From assembly GCA_964534375.1 (NCBI GenBank), contig CAZHPN010000008.1, positions 1 to 63,920 on the forward strand: a stretch of 63,920 bases of DNA. Reading direction: 5' to 3'. Shown here in pieces: positions 47,760 through 57,598 of this stretch. The position numbers were made by a program, and so were the translations under genes. The notes beneath the pieces are model-generated. The model made no database searches and was not told the DNA's origin. It saw nothing but the letters and a program-made list of their open reading frames with translations. Numbering within the stretch: position 1 is the first letter of the stretch; each line of letters starts with the position of its first letter. The stretch comes from an uncultured bacterium. GTDB lineage: Bacteria > Lernaellota > Lernaellaia > Lernaellales > Lernaellaceae.

Positions 47760-47940
47760 CGGAACACCTCCGGCACATTCGTGACGACCATTGCGGCTTC
47801 CGCACGTCCGCGCTTCAGCTTCGATGGCAGCGCACGCCTCGTTTACCAAGGCGCGGGGGGGAGGTCAAGCAACGGGGTAGGCCAACGGCTTCATTTTTGC
47901 TAGCGTAGCCTCCGAGCGTTGAAAAAAAGGGCATGATCTC

Positions 47941-50127
47941 ATGAAGCGGCTGTTCATAATTTCGTTGCTTCTCGCAACCGTCATGTTGCTGGCGGCTTTG
48001 GCGCTATCCGGCTGCGGCCGCGGCGCCCGCGTTTCCAACGCCGGGCCGAGTTTCGGCGACGATGACGACGACAACGACGACGATTCCGCCGGCGGCGACG
48101 ACGACATGTCGCCGCCGTTGCCCGACGGCTACGCCGACATTCAAAGCAACGCCTTTGTCGGCGCCAGCGTGCCGTTCGGCATGATCACGTGGGGCCCGAA
48201 CACCGCGACCGGCTATTCGCTGACCGACCTGAGCGGGGCCGAAATGGCGTCGGAATGGACGAACTACGTGCCTATCCGCCCCTCGATCAGCGGCATGCCG
48301 GCGGCGTTGACCGAGATCGTCGACAACATCAACCAGGGCGACCCCGGCTACTTCAAAGGCGGGATGAAATCGGGCGGCCAATTGATCGGCGTGGAACTGA
48401 CTGCCACAACGCGCACCGGCTTCGGCAAAATTACGTATCCCCCGGCGACGGACGGCAAGCTGCTCTTCATCTGCACGCAGGCGGCCATGGACAACGCCAA
48501 CCAAATCAGCGGCATGCACACCCAACTTGCCGACTTCAAGGTCTACTTCGTCGCGCAATTCGCGCAGCCGATCGCGAAATTCTCGACCTTCCTGGGCGGC
48601 GTCATCGTCGAATTCGACAAAGCGACGCTGCCCGTTTTGCAAATGAAGGTCGGCATGTCGTACGTCAGCATCGCCAATGCGGCGCAGAATCTCGCCGCCG
48701 AAAACACCGGTTGGGATTTCGACGCGGTGCGCGCGAGCGCCGCAGCGGCGTGGACCGACGCGCTGACCCGTATCGAATTGAAAGGCGAAACTGCCGCCGA
48801 GCAAAAGCTGTTTTACACGTACTTCTACCAGGCGCTGCACCACCCCAGCATCGTCGACGACGTCAATGGCGAATACCGGGGGTTCGACTGGCAGGTCTAT
48901 CAGGTCGAGGCCGGCCGGCACCATTACAGCAGCTACTCGATCTGGGACATCTACCGGGGCGAGATCGAGCTGCTGGCCTGGCTGTTTCCGCAGCGGGTCG
49001 GCGACATGATGCAGTCGCTGGTGCTCGACGCCCAGCAGGACGCCGGCAACGGCGGCGGCGACGTGATGCCGCGCTGGGTCGTGGCGGAGCGCGAAACCGG
49101 GACCATGGAGACCGGCAGCGCCACGCCGCTGGTGACCTCCGCCTATGCCTTCGGCGCGCGCGATTTCGATCTCGAGGGGGCGTGGCAGGCGATGGACCGC
49201 GTCGAGACCATCAACGGCCTGATGAACCAGCGCGTCGTCGAGCACTACCGGATCGGCGATTTCATGTCGCTGGGCTATGTGCCGTATTACACCGACTACC
49301 AGGGCAAGCAGTGCGCCTCGTTCACGCTCGAATATTGCATCGGCCATTATGCGCTGGCGCAGTTCGCGACGGCCCTCGGCAAGACGGCCGACGCGGCGAA
49401 TTTCCTGGCGCTGTCGCACAATTGGCAGAACCTGTTCAACGCCGACTCGCGCTACATCCAACCGAAAATGCCCGACGGCACGTGGATGCCCGACTTTTCG
49501 CCGACGGACGGCCACTTCAACGGCTTCGTCGAAGGCTCGTCCGCGCAATACACGTGGCTGATCATGCACGATTGGGACCTGCTGTTCCAGAAGATGGGCG
49601 GCGACGACGCGGTCGTCGCGCGGCTGGATGTCTACTTCACCGAACTCAACGCCGCCTATGACAATTGGGATAGTCCATATCATTGCGCCGGCAACGAGCC
49701 GGGCTTCTTCACCGCCTGGGCCTACAATTCCGCCAACGCGCCGTTCAAGACGCAGCAGACCGTGCGCCGCATCCTCACCGAGTTGTTCGACAAGCAGAGC
49801 CCCGGCGCCGACGATTTGGGCGCGATGAGCGCGTGGTACGTTTGGGCGTCGCTGGGCTTCTACCCGGTTGTGCCGGGCACGGACCAACTTGCGGTCCACG
49901 GCCCGCGATATCCGGAAATCGTGGTTCATTACGCCGATAATCAGGGGCGTCTGACCATCGCCGGCGCCGGCGCCAACGTCGCTGCGCCGTACATCCAGTC
50001 CGTTTCGCTGAACGGCGAGCCGCTCACCAATCACCGGATCACGCTCGCGCAGCTTACGGAATCTGCACCTGGCGAAATTGAATTTACGATGTCGTCGAAT
50101 CCGACCGATTGGGGAACGCGGCGGTAA
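47941..50127 (+). CDS. GH92 alpha-mannosidase family lipoprotein
   Basis: Lipobox LSGC; VPFGM, SIWDIYR, FVEGS--QYTW, GNEP, DDLGAMSAW. Confidence 0.88.
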   Translation: MKRLFIISLLLATVMLLAALALSGCGRGARVSNAGPSFGDDDDDNDDDSAGGDDDMSPPLPDGYADIQSNAFVGASVPFGMITWGPNTATGYSLTDLSGAEMASEWTNYVPIRPSISGMPAALTEIVDNINQGDPGYFKGGMKSGGQLIGVELTATTRTGFGKITYPPATDGKLLFICTQAAMDNANQISGMHTQLADFKVYFVAQFAQPIAKFSTFLGGVIVEFDKATLPVLQMKVGMSYVSIANAAQNLAAENTGWDFDAVRASAAAAWTDALTRIELKGETAAEQKLFYTYFYQALHHPSIVDDVNGEYRGFDWQVYQVEAGRHHYSSYSIWDIYRGEIELLAWLFPQRVGDMMQSLVLDAQQDAGNGGGDVMPRWVVAERETGTMETGSATPLVTSAYAFGARDFDLEGAWQAMDRVETINGLMNQRVVEHYRIGDFMSLGYVPYYTDYQGKQCASFTLEYCIGHYALAQFATALGKTADAANFLALSHNWQNLFNADSRYIQPKMPDGTWMPDFSPTDGHFNGFVEGSSAQYTWLIMHDWDLLFQKMGGDDAVVARLDVYFTELNAAYDNWDSPYHCAGNEPGFFTAWAYNSANAPFKTQQTVRRILTELFDKQSPGADDLGAMSAWYVWASLGFYPVVPGTDQLAVHGPRYPEIVVHYADNQGRLTIAGAGANVAAPYIQSVSLNGEPLTNHRITLAQLTESAPGEIEFTMSSNPTDWGTRR

Positions 50128-50300
50128 GGCGAAAGGGCTCACACCCGTCGTCCGCCCCAATGACTTTCCGAACGGGCGTTCGCCATTGACTTCCCCTATA
50201 AGCGGGCGGATCATCAACGTGCGCCGCAGCGTCGGACGTTGCGGCCGGCGACCAAAACGAAAACGAGAAAACGGACGATGAATGTCCGTAGGAGTCGGCC

Positions 50301-51644
50301 ATGAAGAAGCGAAATGCGGTTTTGCGGCGCTGCCCCTTCGTCGTATGCGCGTTTTTATTGATCATGACGCTGCTCGGCTTCCTGCCCGGCTGCGCGGCGC
50401 GCCACGAATCGGGCGACGACGATCACGCTGCGAACGCAACGGATGACGACGATGCCACCGCGGCCGACGACGACAACGACGACGCGTCGCCGACCGGCGA
50501 TGACGACAACAATGACATTTCGCCCGACGACGACGCCTCGCCGGGACCGTTGCGGCTGTTATTGATGGGAACCACCGGCCAATTCCCGAATCAGGTCTTG
50601 GCGTCGTGGGCGCAAACCGACGCCGGCTGGCGGGATTTGCCGCTCCCGACTGTGCCGTTGGACGGCGGCAACAGGCAAGCGTTCGGCCCGATCGCCATCC
50701 GCGACGGCAGCGCCGGCTTGGGCGCGGTCAATAATTTCCTGGGCACAGGCGGAGGCCCGGGCATCTATGGCGACACCAGTGTCGATTATCACTGGTTATC
50801 GTTCGACATCGACGCGGGTTGGCAGTTGGCGCCGCAAATGGCAGTCATCGGCACGTCGGCCGTCATCAGCCAACTGCAAGCGCCGGCCGATGACATCGTG
50901 TGGGCGGACGGCGAAAGCTTCGATTGGTATGAAGCCGGCGACGACGTCAGCAGTTTCGATTCGCAAGACGATCTATACATTTACAACGACGGTCCGCCAG
51001 GCGCGCCGTTGCTTTCGCTCGGCGATCAGATCGTCGACGTCTTGGCGATGCCGGCGTCCGACTGGGGCTTGGCCGCGATCGAAAACGTGACCGAACGCCG
51101 CCAGGCGTTGTGGTCGTGGAACGGCACGGCGTGGACCTCGGGCCCCCTGCCGACGGGGCTGACGTGCAACTTCATCAGTTGGATGACGTTTGTCGCGCCC
51201 GGCAGCGGTTACGGCGTCTGCTCCACGGACGAAACGGAGTACCAACTTTACCGGATTGACGGCGACCAGTGGACGCAAATCCCGCCGCCCGCCGGTTGCG
51301 AAAACGTCCGGCCGATCTACGTCGCTGCCTATGGCGATTATGCTGTTGCGATCGACACGGCCGCCCCCAGCAGTCAATTCTGGGAGCGGCGCGGCGAGAC
51401 GTGGTCGTGCCGCACCGTGACCGCCGGGGGCGCAACGGTGTCGTTCACCAGCGTCGCGGTCACGACGGACCAGCGCGCTTTCGTCGTGGGCGGGGACGCC
51501 GCCGCACAGTACGTCTTCGAAATTACCGCTACGGACATCCTTTCGCGCGACCCGCCGCCGGACGCGTCCTCGATCACCGCCGTGCTGCCGCTCGGCGCCG
51601 GGGCGCCGCCGGTCAGCTACGCCTGCGAGGGCAGCGAAGCGTGA
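50301..51644 (+). CDS. Hypothetical lipoprotein with an Asp-rich linker and a probable beta-propeller
   Basis: AGGAG RBS; lipobox LPGC; DDDD tract; WNG--W type repeats. Confidence 0.7.
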   Translation: MKKRNAVLRRCPFVVCAFLLIMTLLGFLPGCAARHESGDDDHAANATDDDDATAADDDNDDASPTGDDDNNDISPDDDASPGPLRLLLMGTTGQFPNQVLASWAQTDAGWRDLPLPTVPLDGGNRQAFGPIAIRDGSAGLGAVNNFLGTGGGPGIYGDTSVDYHWLSFDIDAGWQLAPQMAVIGTSAVISQLQAPADDIVWADGESFDWYEAGDDVSSFDSQDDLYIYNDGPPGAPLLSLGDQIVDVLAMPASDWGLAAIENVTERRQALWSWNGTAWTSGPLPTGLTCNFISWMTFVAPGSGYGVCSTDETEYQLYRIDGDQWTQIPPPAGCENVRPIYVAAYGDYAVAIDTAAPSSQFWERRGETWSCRTVTAGGATVSFTSVAVTTDQRAFVVGGDAAAQYVFEITATDILSRDPPPDASSITAVLPLGAGAPPVSYACEGSEA

Positions 51645-51759
51645 GGGGCGATTACGTGATTGTCGGGCGTGACAATGGTTCATCCGGGAAAGACCAATGC
51701 CGCGGCGATTGCCGCAACACCATAATTGACGTTGCGGAAATCCGGAGAGCCGCCCGTCG

Positions 51760-53868
51760 CTAATCGCTCAATAGCATCAAATAATGCGCGGCCGACCAAC
51801 TGAAATTTTCGCCGCGGCTGCCGTTGCCGTTGAGCGGACTGTAATTCTCGCGGAACGAGGCCGTCGTGTCGATCATGCCCGTGGCGTTGACGAACAGCCG
51901 GCGCGTCATCTCGTCGGCCTCATCGTCATAGCCGTACCGTTTCAAGGCCGCAATCGCGAAGTAGGACTGGTCGATCCAGACCATGCCGCGCCAATAGCCG
52001 ATCCACGGATTGAATTGCGGCTCGTCGGCGGCGAGCGTGGGAAACGGCAAGTAAGTCGCAAACTTGCTCGGATCCATCATGACCTTGACGACCTGCGCCG
52101 CCTGCTCCGGCGTGGCCACGCCCGTCCACAGCGGCGTCCAGCCTTCCGGTCCCTGGAGATTGACGAACGATTCGTCTGGCGTGCGAATATCATAAAAATA
52201 GCCGCTCACGGGGTCGAACATTTTCTGCCGAATGGCGGCGAGCAACGTCGCCGCCTCCGCGCGCAATTCCGCGGCGATCGCCGGCTGGTCGAGCAGGTCG
52301 GCGAATCCGGCGAGGAACAGTTTTTCCTGATACAGGTAGGAATTCAGATCGACGGATTCCTGATTGAAGGTGTACGCGCCGGGGCCGTTCGGCTCCATCA
52401 CGGCGTCGTCGAAGCGCGCGGCGTTGTCCATGCCGCTGTCGTTGCCGCCGTCCTGGTGGGTTCCGTCGGTCGAGCCGTACTCGCACAGGCCATTGTGTTC
52501 GTGATCGCGGTAGGCGTAGCGCCAGCGATGGTAGTCCATGAGTTGCGGGAACATCTCCGCGACGAAATCGAGGTCGCCGGTGTGTTCGTACACGGCCTGC
52601 ACCGCCCACGACGCGAGCGGCGGCTTGGTGCAGCCCCAGTAGTTTTGCGTGCTGTCGATGCGCACCGCGTCCGGCACCATGCCTACGGCGTTCTGATAAT
52701 CGAACATCGCGCGGATCTGGTCCTTGGCCAGTTCCGGCTCGAACCGCGCCAGGATAACGGCATGTTTCCACGAATCCCACGCCCAAAACGCGAAGTACCC
52801 ATTTTGGGGCGGCGCGCTCGGCCAGACGCCGCCGTGCATTTGGTCGAGCGCGGCGCTGCGCCAATTGTTCATCAGGGTCGACAACGCTTTGACGGCGAGC
52901 GGATGAAGCTGCGGCGCGGCCGCCCACTTATTGGTCGACGGCAGCAGGTCGGCAATGTAGCCGTTCCAACGGTTTTCATTCGCGCCGAAAATCGCCGCCG
53001 CCCCGGACAACAGCGTTTGCAGATACGGTTCCCGCTCCGTTTGCTCGTCCGCCGTGATGTAGTAGGGGACGGCGACGTAGCCCACCCATTGTGTGCCCGC
53101 GTCGATCGCGATCGGCGCCGACATCCGCGCGCTCCAATTCAATGCGGAATCGTCGATCGTGGAGCGGACGGCCAACGCGGTCGGAAAAACGACCTGGACG
53201 TTGCCGTAGGCGGCTTGGTTCAAATTGGCGACCACGCCGCCGCCCGGCTTCTTCGCTAACGAGGCTACCCCGGGAAACACGGAACCCTGCCAGCCGACGA
53301 TCACGGACTCGCCGCGATCCGCCGGTGCGATAATGCGATAACGAATCAGCGCCGTGCGGTCGTCGGCGAAGACCAGATCGATTTGCAGTTCGAGATCGCC
53401 CGCGCGCAGATCCTGCGTCAGCATCCCGGGCAGGTAATGAAAACTGCTCGCGTCGTTGGCGCTCAGGTCGATCGGCGCGCCCGAGGCGTCCATCAAGACG
53501 ATTTGGATAAGTTCCGGGCCGAGGAAGTAATGGATCGTGTGCAGCAGCGGACCGCCGAAACCGCCGAAGATGTCCTTCCGGCTCGGATTGGCGAGCAAAA
53601 AGGCATGCCAGGCGCCGAGATCCGAAAATGCGGCGGACACCGGCGAAAAGACGTCGATCGAGTGCCACGGCGTGTCGCGCAGATCGAGCAGGTCGGGGAA
53701 ATTCTCGCGCAATAGAGACGTGCCCGGCAGATCCTCCGCGGGATGCGCCTGGTTGTCGTCGTCGCCGCGCGGCGACCCGGCGTTCGAGTGATTGCCGCGG
53801 CAGGCGATCGCGCCCCCGACCAACGCCAGCGTCATGAGAAATGACAGAAACCGACGAGCGCTCAACAT
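51760..53868 (-). CDS. GH63 / YgjK-like glycoside hydrolase lipoprotein
   Basis: AGGAG RBS; lipobox AIAC; WAWDSWKH, TKPPL, SGMDN, YWRG-VW, ENY, FSWSAA. Confidence 0.88.
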   Translation of the reverse strand: MLSARRFLSFLMTLALVGGAIACRGNHSNAGSPRGDDDNQAHPAEDLPGTSLLRENFPDLLDLRDTPWHSIDVFSPVSAAFSDLGAWHAFLLANPSRKDIFGGFGGPLLHTIHYFLGPELIQIVLMDASGAPIDLSANDASSFHYLPGMLTQDLRAGDLELQIDLVFADDRTALIRYRIIAPADRGESVIVGWQGSVFPGVASLAKKPGGGVVANLNQAAYGNVQVVFPTALAVRSTIDDSALNWSARMSAPIAIDAGTQWVGYVAVPYYITADEQTEREPYLQTLLSGAAAIFGANENRWNGYIADLLPSTNKWAAAPQLHPLAVKALSTLMNNWRSAALDQMHGGVWPSAPPQNGYFAFWAWDSWKHAVILARFEPELAKDQIRAMFDYQNAVGMVPDAVRIDSTQNYWGCTKPPLASWAVQAVYEHTGDLDFVAEMFPQLMDYHRWRYAYRDHEHNGLCEYGSTDGTHQDGGNDSGMDNAARFDDAVMEPNGPGAYTFNQESVDLNSYLYQEKLFLAGFADLLDQPAIAAELRAEAATLLAAIRQKMFDPVSGYFYDIRTPDESFVNLQGPEGWTPLWTGVATPEQAAQVVKVMMDPSKFATYLPFPTLAADEPQFNPWIGYWRGMVWIDQSYFAIAALKRYGYDDEADEMTRRLFVNATGMIDTTASFRENYSPLNGNGSRGENFSWSAAHYLMLLSD

Positions 53869-54022
53869 CGGCGTCTCTCCTGGTGCAGTGGAAGCCTTGG
53901 CGTAACGTCCGCTTTTCAGGCGCGGAAAGATCGACGCCAACGCATTACACGTCGCGCAACGGCGCGGCGTCAAGACCGGCCGGTCATTCCGGCACGGGCG
54001 AGGGCGCCTGCGTCACGCAGCG

Positions 54023-55123
54023 TCACGCGCAAAACCACGCATCAACGCCTTCCACAAAACCGTATTCCGCAAGTTTTGGTCGAATCAGCTCGCGCGCGCC
54101 GCGACTGCCGACATAAACCAGCACTGGGTGCGCGCGCAGGTCGGCCAGCGCGGCCGGCGGCAGGACGGGCGCGCCGGCGCGCCGATGGCCGAGCTTGCGC
54201 GGGTCGATGTCGATCCAGGCCCGCACCGAATAGCCCAGGGCCAGCAGCGGCCGCACCAGGCGGCGGCTCACCTTTCCGGCGCCCCACACGACGATTTCTT
54301 TGTGGCCGCGCAACGGGCCGGCGGCCAGGAAAGCGGCCTTGAGCGCGAAAAACGCCTCAGGGCGGTAGCGCGGGTCGAGCCGGCTGGCGCGCTCGGGCCG
54401 GTCGCGCCAGAAGTACAAAACCTCGGGAACCTTCGCCGCGCGGACGCCTTCGGCCAGCAGGCGCAAGACGAGATCGTAGTCTTCCGGAAAATCGCCGCCG
54501 CGCCAACCGCCGAGGCGCCGCAGCAGCTCGCGCGGCGCCAGCAGCGTCGGGTGCACGATCGGGCATTCGACAAAGCGTTCGCGGGAGATGTCGTCGGGCT
54601 CGGTCAGACCGTTGACCCAATTTGCATAAGCGGCGTAGCCGCCGGCGTAGGTTGCGCTCGGCGGCGGGCCGATCAGGCACGAGCACGACCCGATCTCGGG
54701 CCGGCCCCGCAGGAGGTCGAGCTGCCGGGCCAGGCGGTCGGGCGGGCAGCGGTCGTCGGCGTCCATGCGGGCAACGAATTCGCCGCGCGATTCGGCCAGG
54801 CCGAGGTTCAGCGCGGCGACGATGCCCTGCGGCGGCGTCGAGACCAGCCGCACCCGCGGGTCGCCGGCGGCGGCTTGCGCGACAAGGCGCGGCGTCGCAT
54901 CGGTCGAGCCGTCGTCGATGGCGAGAATTTCGAGATCGCGCAGCGTCTGCGCCTGCAAATCGGCGAGCGCGGCGGCGATGTGCGCGACCTCGTTGCGCGC
55001 GGGCATGATGACGGAGACGAGCGGCGCGGCCGAAGCGTCACGCGGAGACGCGGGGAAGACATGAGGCCGGCTCGTTCTTACTCCGCGACCTCGGCGTCTC
55101 CGCGTGAAATTCCGTAAGATCAC
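54023..55123 (-). CDS. GT2 family glycosyltransferase
   Basis: VSVIMPARNE, DDGSTD, ARMDADD, EDYDL; start inferred at the GTG overlapping the upstream stop. Confidence 0.85.
   Translation of the reverse strand: MILRNFTRRRRGRGVRTSRPHVFPASPRDASAAPLVSVIMPARNEVAHIAAALADLQAQTLRDLEILAIDDGSTDATPRLVAQAAAGDPRVRLVSTPPQGIVAALNLGLAESRGEFVARMDADDRCPPDRLARQLDLLRGRPEIGSCSCLIGPPPSATYAGGYAAYANWVNGLTEPDDISRERFVECPIVHPTLLAPRELLRRLGGWRGGDFPEDYDLVLRLLAEGVRAAKVPEVLYFWRDRPERASRLDPRYRPEAFFALKAAFLAAGPLRGHKEIVVWGAGKVSRRLVRPLLALGYSVRAWIDIDPRKLGHRRAGAPVLPPAALADLRAHPVLVYVGSRGARELIRPKLAEYGFVEGVDAWFCA
55038..55107. repeat. Palindromic repeat (family A-like) inside the 5' end of the GT2 ORF
   Basis: 14-bp perfect arms TCACGCGGAGACGC / GCGTCTCCGCGTGA. 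Confidence 0.75.
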
Positions 55124-56850
55124 TTCACAAACGCGCGCAGTTCGCGCAGCCGCGCCGACAGCTTGTCGCGCGGCATCGAGCGATAGGGCTCGGGCAGCAG
55201 GTCGCGGTTCGTGCACTCCAGCGCCGCGTTCAACGCCTGGTACTCGATTTCCTCGGCGTAAACGGGCGGGATGAACTGCGCGAAGGCCTTGGCGAAATCC
55301 GCGGCGCCGACCTTGTCCGCGGCGCGGACCGCGGCGACCCGTTTGGCGCGAACGCAGACGGCCTCGAGATCGGCGCCCGAGAGCCGCGGCGCGCCAGCCG
55401 CCTGGTAGGGCGTTTCAATCTCCTTCGCCTCGGTGTCGATCTTGTTTTTCCGCACGATCGTCTCGAACAGCGCCTGGCGGTCGGCGGCCGTCGTCGGGTG
55501 AAACAGGGGGATGTGTTCTTCGGCGCGGCCCTGCCGTTTGATGTCGACCGGCAACAGGTCGGGCCGCGCGGTCATCAGGAACCAGAGCACCTTGCCGCGC
55601 AGGGTCGTATCCGACATGAACGCGGCGATCGCGCCGAAAATGCGGCTGCTGGTGCCGGCGTCGCCGCTGGCGTCGCGGTCGCCGATCCAGGTGTCGGCCT
55701 CGTCGACGACCACGCCGAGCGGGCCCATGGCGCGGAAGATCGCCAGCAGTTTTTGCAGATTGGACTCGGTGACGCCCTGCCATTGGCTGCGGATATTGAG
55801 CAGCTTGACGCAGGGGATGCCGATCTCGCCGGTGAAGCAATAGACGATGAACGTCTTGCCCGTGCCGACCGGGCCGCAGATCAGGTAGCCCATCGGCAGC
55901 ACGTCGAGCCGGCCTTCGCGCAGCATTTTCGCGGCGGCGCGCAGTTCAACGACCGCGGCGTCGGCCCCGGCGACCATGTTCAGATTGAAACGCGGCTCGA
56001 TGAATTCCAGCAGGCCCCAGCATTCGGCCTCGATCAACTCTTTCTTGCGCTGCATCAACGCTTCGACGGTGAATTGCCGCTGGCGGCGCAGCGCCTCGGC
56101 GAGCATTTGCTGAATGTGCACGCGAGAGAGACCGCCGGTCAGCTCGGCCACCGTCTCCGGCTTGAGCGCCGACACCGTCGCCCAATCCGCGTCTTTCGTC
56201 TGGTGGTTGATGAACTCCAGGCGCTCGTCGCGATCCGGCAGGCCGATCTCGACCGGCGCGGCGTAGGGGCTGCGCACGAGATCCTGGTTGAGTTGCGTGA
56301 GGTGCTCGGTGACGAGGCAAAACGTCACGTCGGCCGCAAGAAAGAGCGGATCGTCGGCCCAGTTCCGCAGGTAGATGATGCTGGCGCGGTCCGACTCGGA
56401 CAGCGCGCCCAGCTCGCCTTCGGGCACGATCAACTCGGCGTATTCGATGATCAACGCCAGGCTTTTGCGCTCCGCCAGCCGTGTGCGCAGATAGCGGTCA
56501 AGCAACGGAAACAGCTTGAGCGGGTCCTTCGGAACCTGGATGGCCGCGCCGCCGCCCTGCACCGCTTGATAGGCCTGCATGAACGCGGCGAAATCCTTGG
56601 CCGTTTCGTTGTTCGCGTACGACAGGCCGGCCGCGCGATCGTAATGCAGTACGAAATCGCGCCCAGCGAACAGGCTGTTGGTTAGAAACGCCTTCAGGCT
56701 GAGAAACTCCAGCCGGCCGCCGTCGCGAATCGGCTCCAGATCGCGCACGTTGCCGTGAAGGATGAACTGGCTGACCGAGTGCGTAGCGTATTTGGCGGCG
56801 AGGTGCGCGGCCCACGGCGGCAGACTTTTCAAATATTCCGGATCGATCAT
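55120..56850 (-). CDS. AAA+ ATPase (degenerate N-terminal module, intact C-terminal AAA)
   Basis: GPVGTGKT, VVDEAD, RQGR arginine finger, SGADLE. Confidence 0.88.
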   Translation of the reverse strand: MIDPEYLKSLPPWAAHLAAKYATHSVSQFILHGNVRDLEPIRDGGRLEFLSLKAFLTNSLFAGRDFVLHYDRAAGLSYANNETAKDFAAFMQAYQAVQGGGAAIQVPKDPLKLFPLLDRYLRTRLAERKSLALIIEYAELIVPEGELGALSESDRASIIYLRNWADDPLFLAADVTFCLVTEHLTQLNQDLVRSPYAAPVEIGLPDRDERLEFINHQTKDADWATVSALKPETVAELTGGLSRVHIQQMLAEALRRQRQFTVEALMQRKKELIEAECWGLLEFIEPRFNLNMVAGADAAVVELRAAAKMLREGRLDVLPMGYLICGPVGTGKTFIVYCFTGEIGIPCVKLLNIRSQWQGVTESNLQKLLAIFRAMGPLGVVVDEADTWIGDRDASGDAGTSSRIFGAIAAFMSDTTLRGKVLWFLMTARPDLLPVDIKRQGRAEEHIPLFHPTTAADRQALFETIVRKNKIDTEAKEIETPYQAAGAPRLSGADLEAVCVRAKRVAAVRAADKVGAADFAKAFAQFIPPVYAEEIEYQALNAALECTNRDLLPEPYRSMPRDKLSARLRELRAFVK

Positions 56851-56900
56851 CGTCGGCCTCGATGTGGTCGGTTGCGTTGTACGGGCAGCTTAGCATCGGG

Positions 56901-56967
56901 AAGTGGCCAGTGGCCAGTGGTCAGTGGGCAGTGAACAGTGGGCAGTGAACAGTGAACATTGAACAAT
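56901..56967. repeat. Heptamer tandem repeat (CAGTGRN)n
   Basis: AAGTGGC CAGTGGC CAGTGGT CAGTGGG CAGTGAA CAGTGGG CAGTGAA CAGTGAA CATTGAA. Confidence 0.8.
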
Positions 56968-57085
56968 CGGACCAACTGCGCCCTCCGACCCTCGGAGCGT
57001 CTCTGGGCGCCTCCGTGTGAGGAAATTATCTATTCCTTACTCGGCCGGTCTTTTCTTTTGCTGGGATCAATAGGACTATTGATCC

Positions 57086-57466
57086 ATGAAAAACGTTCGC
57101 CGATGGTCGATCCCGTTCGGCTTCGCCTTCGTCGGCTGGGCGTTTTGCGCGGCGATTATGGGCGTTTTGCCGCCGCTGATCGGCATGAAGGCGACATTGG
57201 TCGTGCATCTGATCGCGGGGCCTACGGCCTTCGCGGCGCTCGGTTTCTCTTATCGCCGCTGGTTCGGGGACGCCGCGCCCGTGGCCGTCGCGGCGATGTT
57301 CGTCGGCTTCGTGATCGCGATGGACTTCGGCCTCGTCGCGGTCGTCATTCTCAAGAGCATGGACATGTTCCGCAGCATCCTCGGCACGTGGCTGCCTTTT
57401 TTGCTGATATTTCTGGCTAGTTGGGCGGCGGGCAGTGAACAGCGAACAGTGAACAATGAACAGTGA
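57086..57466 (+). CDS. Small four-TM hypothetical membrane protein
   Basis: AGGA RBS; hydrophobic ORF; the 3' end runs into a heptamer repeat. Confidence 0.7.
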   Translation: MKNVRRWSIPFGFAFVGWAFCAAIMGVLPPLIGMKATLVVHLIAGPTAFAALGFSYRRWFGDAAPVAVAAMFVGFVIAMDFGLVAVVILKSMDMFRSILGTWLPFLLIFLASWAAGSEQRTVNNEQ

Positions 57467-57590
57467 ATAATTGTCGGTGGCCAGTGCTCAGTCGCCATTT
57501 GATCCCCATGACCCCGTTGATCCCCCGCCTTCGCGGGGGCAGGCTCTGTTGATCCTGTCAAAAAAACTCAACAAAACAATCCTGTCGAAA
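57433..57590. repeat. Composite repeat: heptamer tract, family B half-site and a small hairpin
   Basis: CAGTGAA CAGCGAA CAGTGAA CAATGAA CAGTGAA; CCCCCGCCTTCGCGGGGG; CTGTTGATCCTGTCAAAAAA identical to 30417-30436. Confidence 0.75.
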
Positions 57591-57598
57591 TCCCCCGT

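Noticed and set aside
47888..47903. Sigma54 promoter upstream of GH92
   Set aside because: Only the GG-N10-GC spacing fits; the TGGCAC consensus match is poor.
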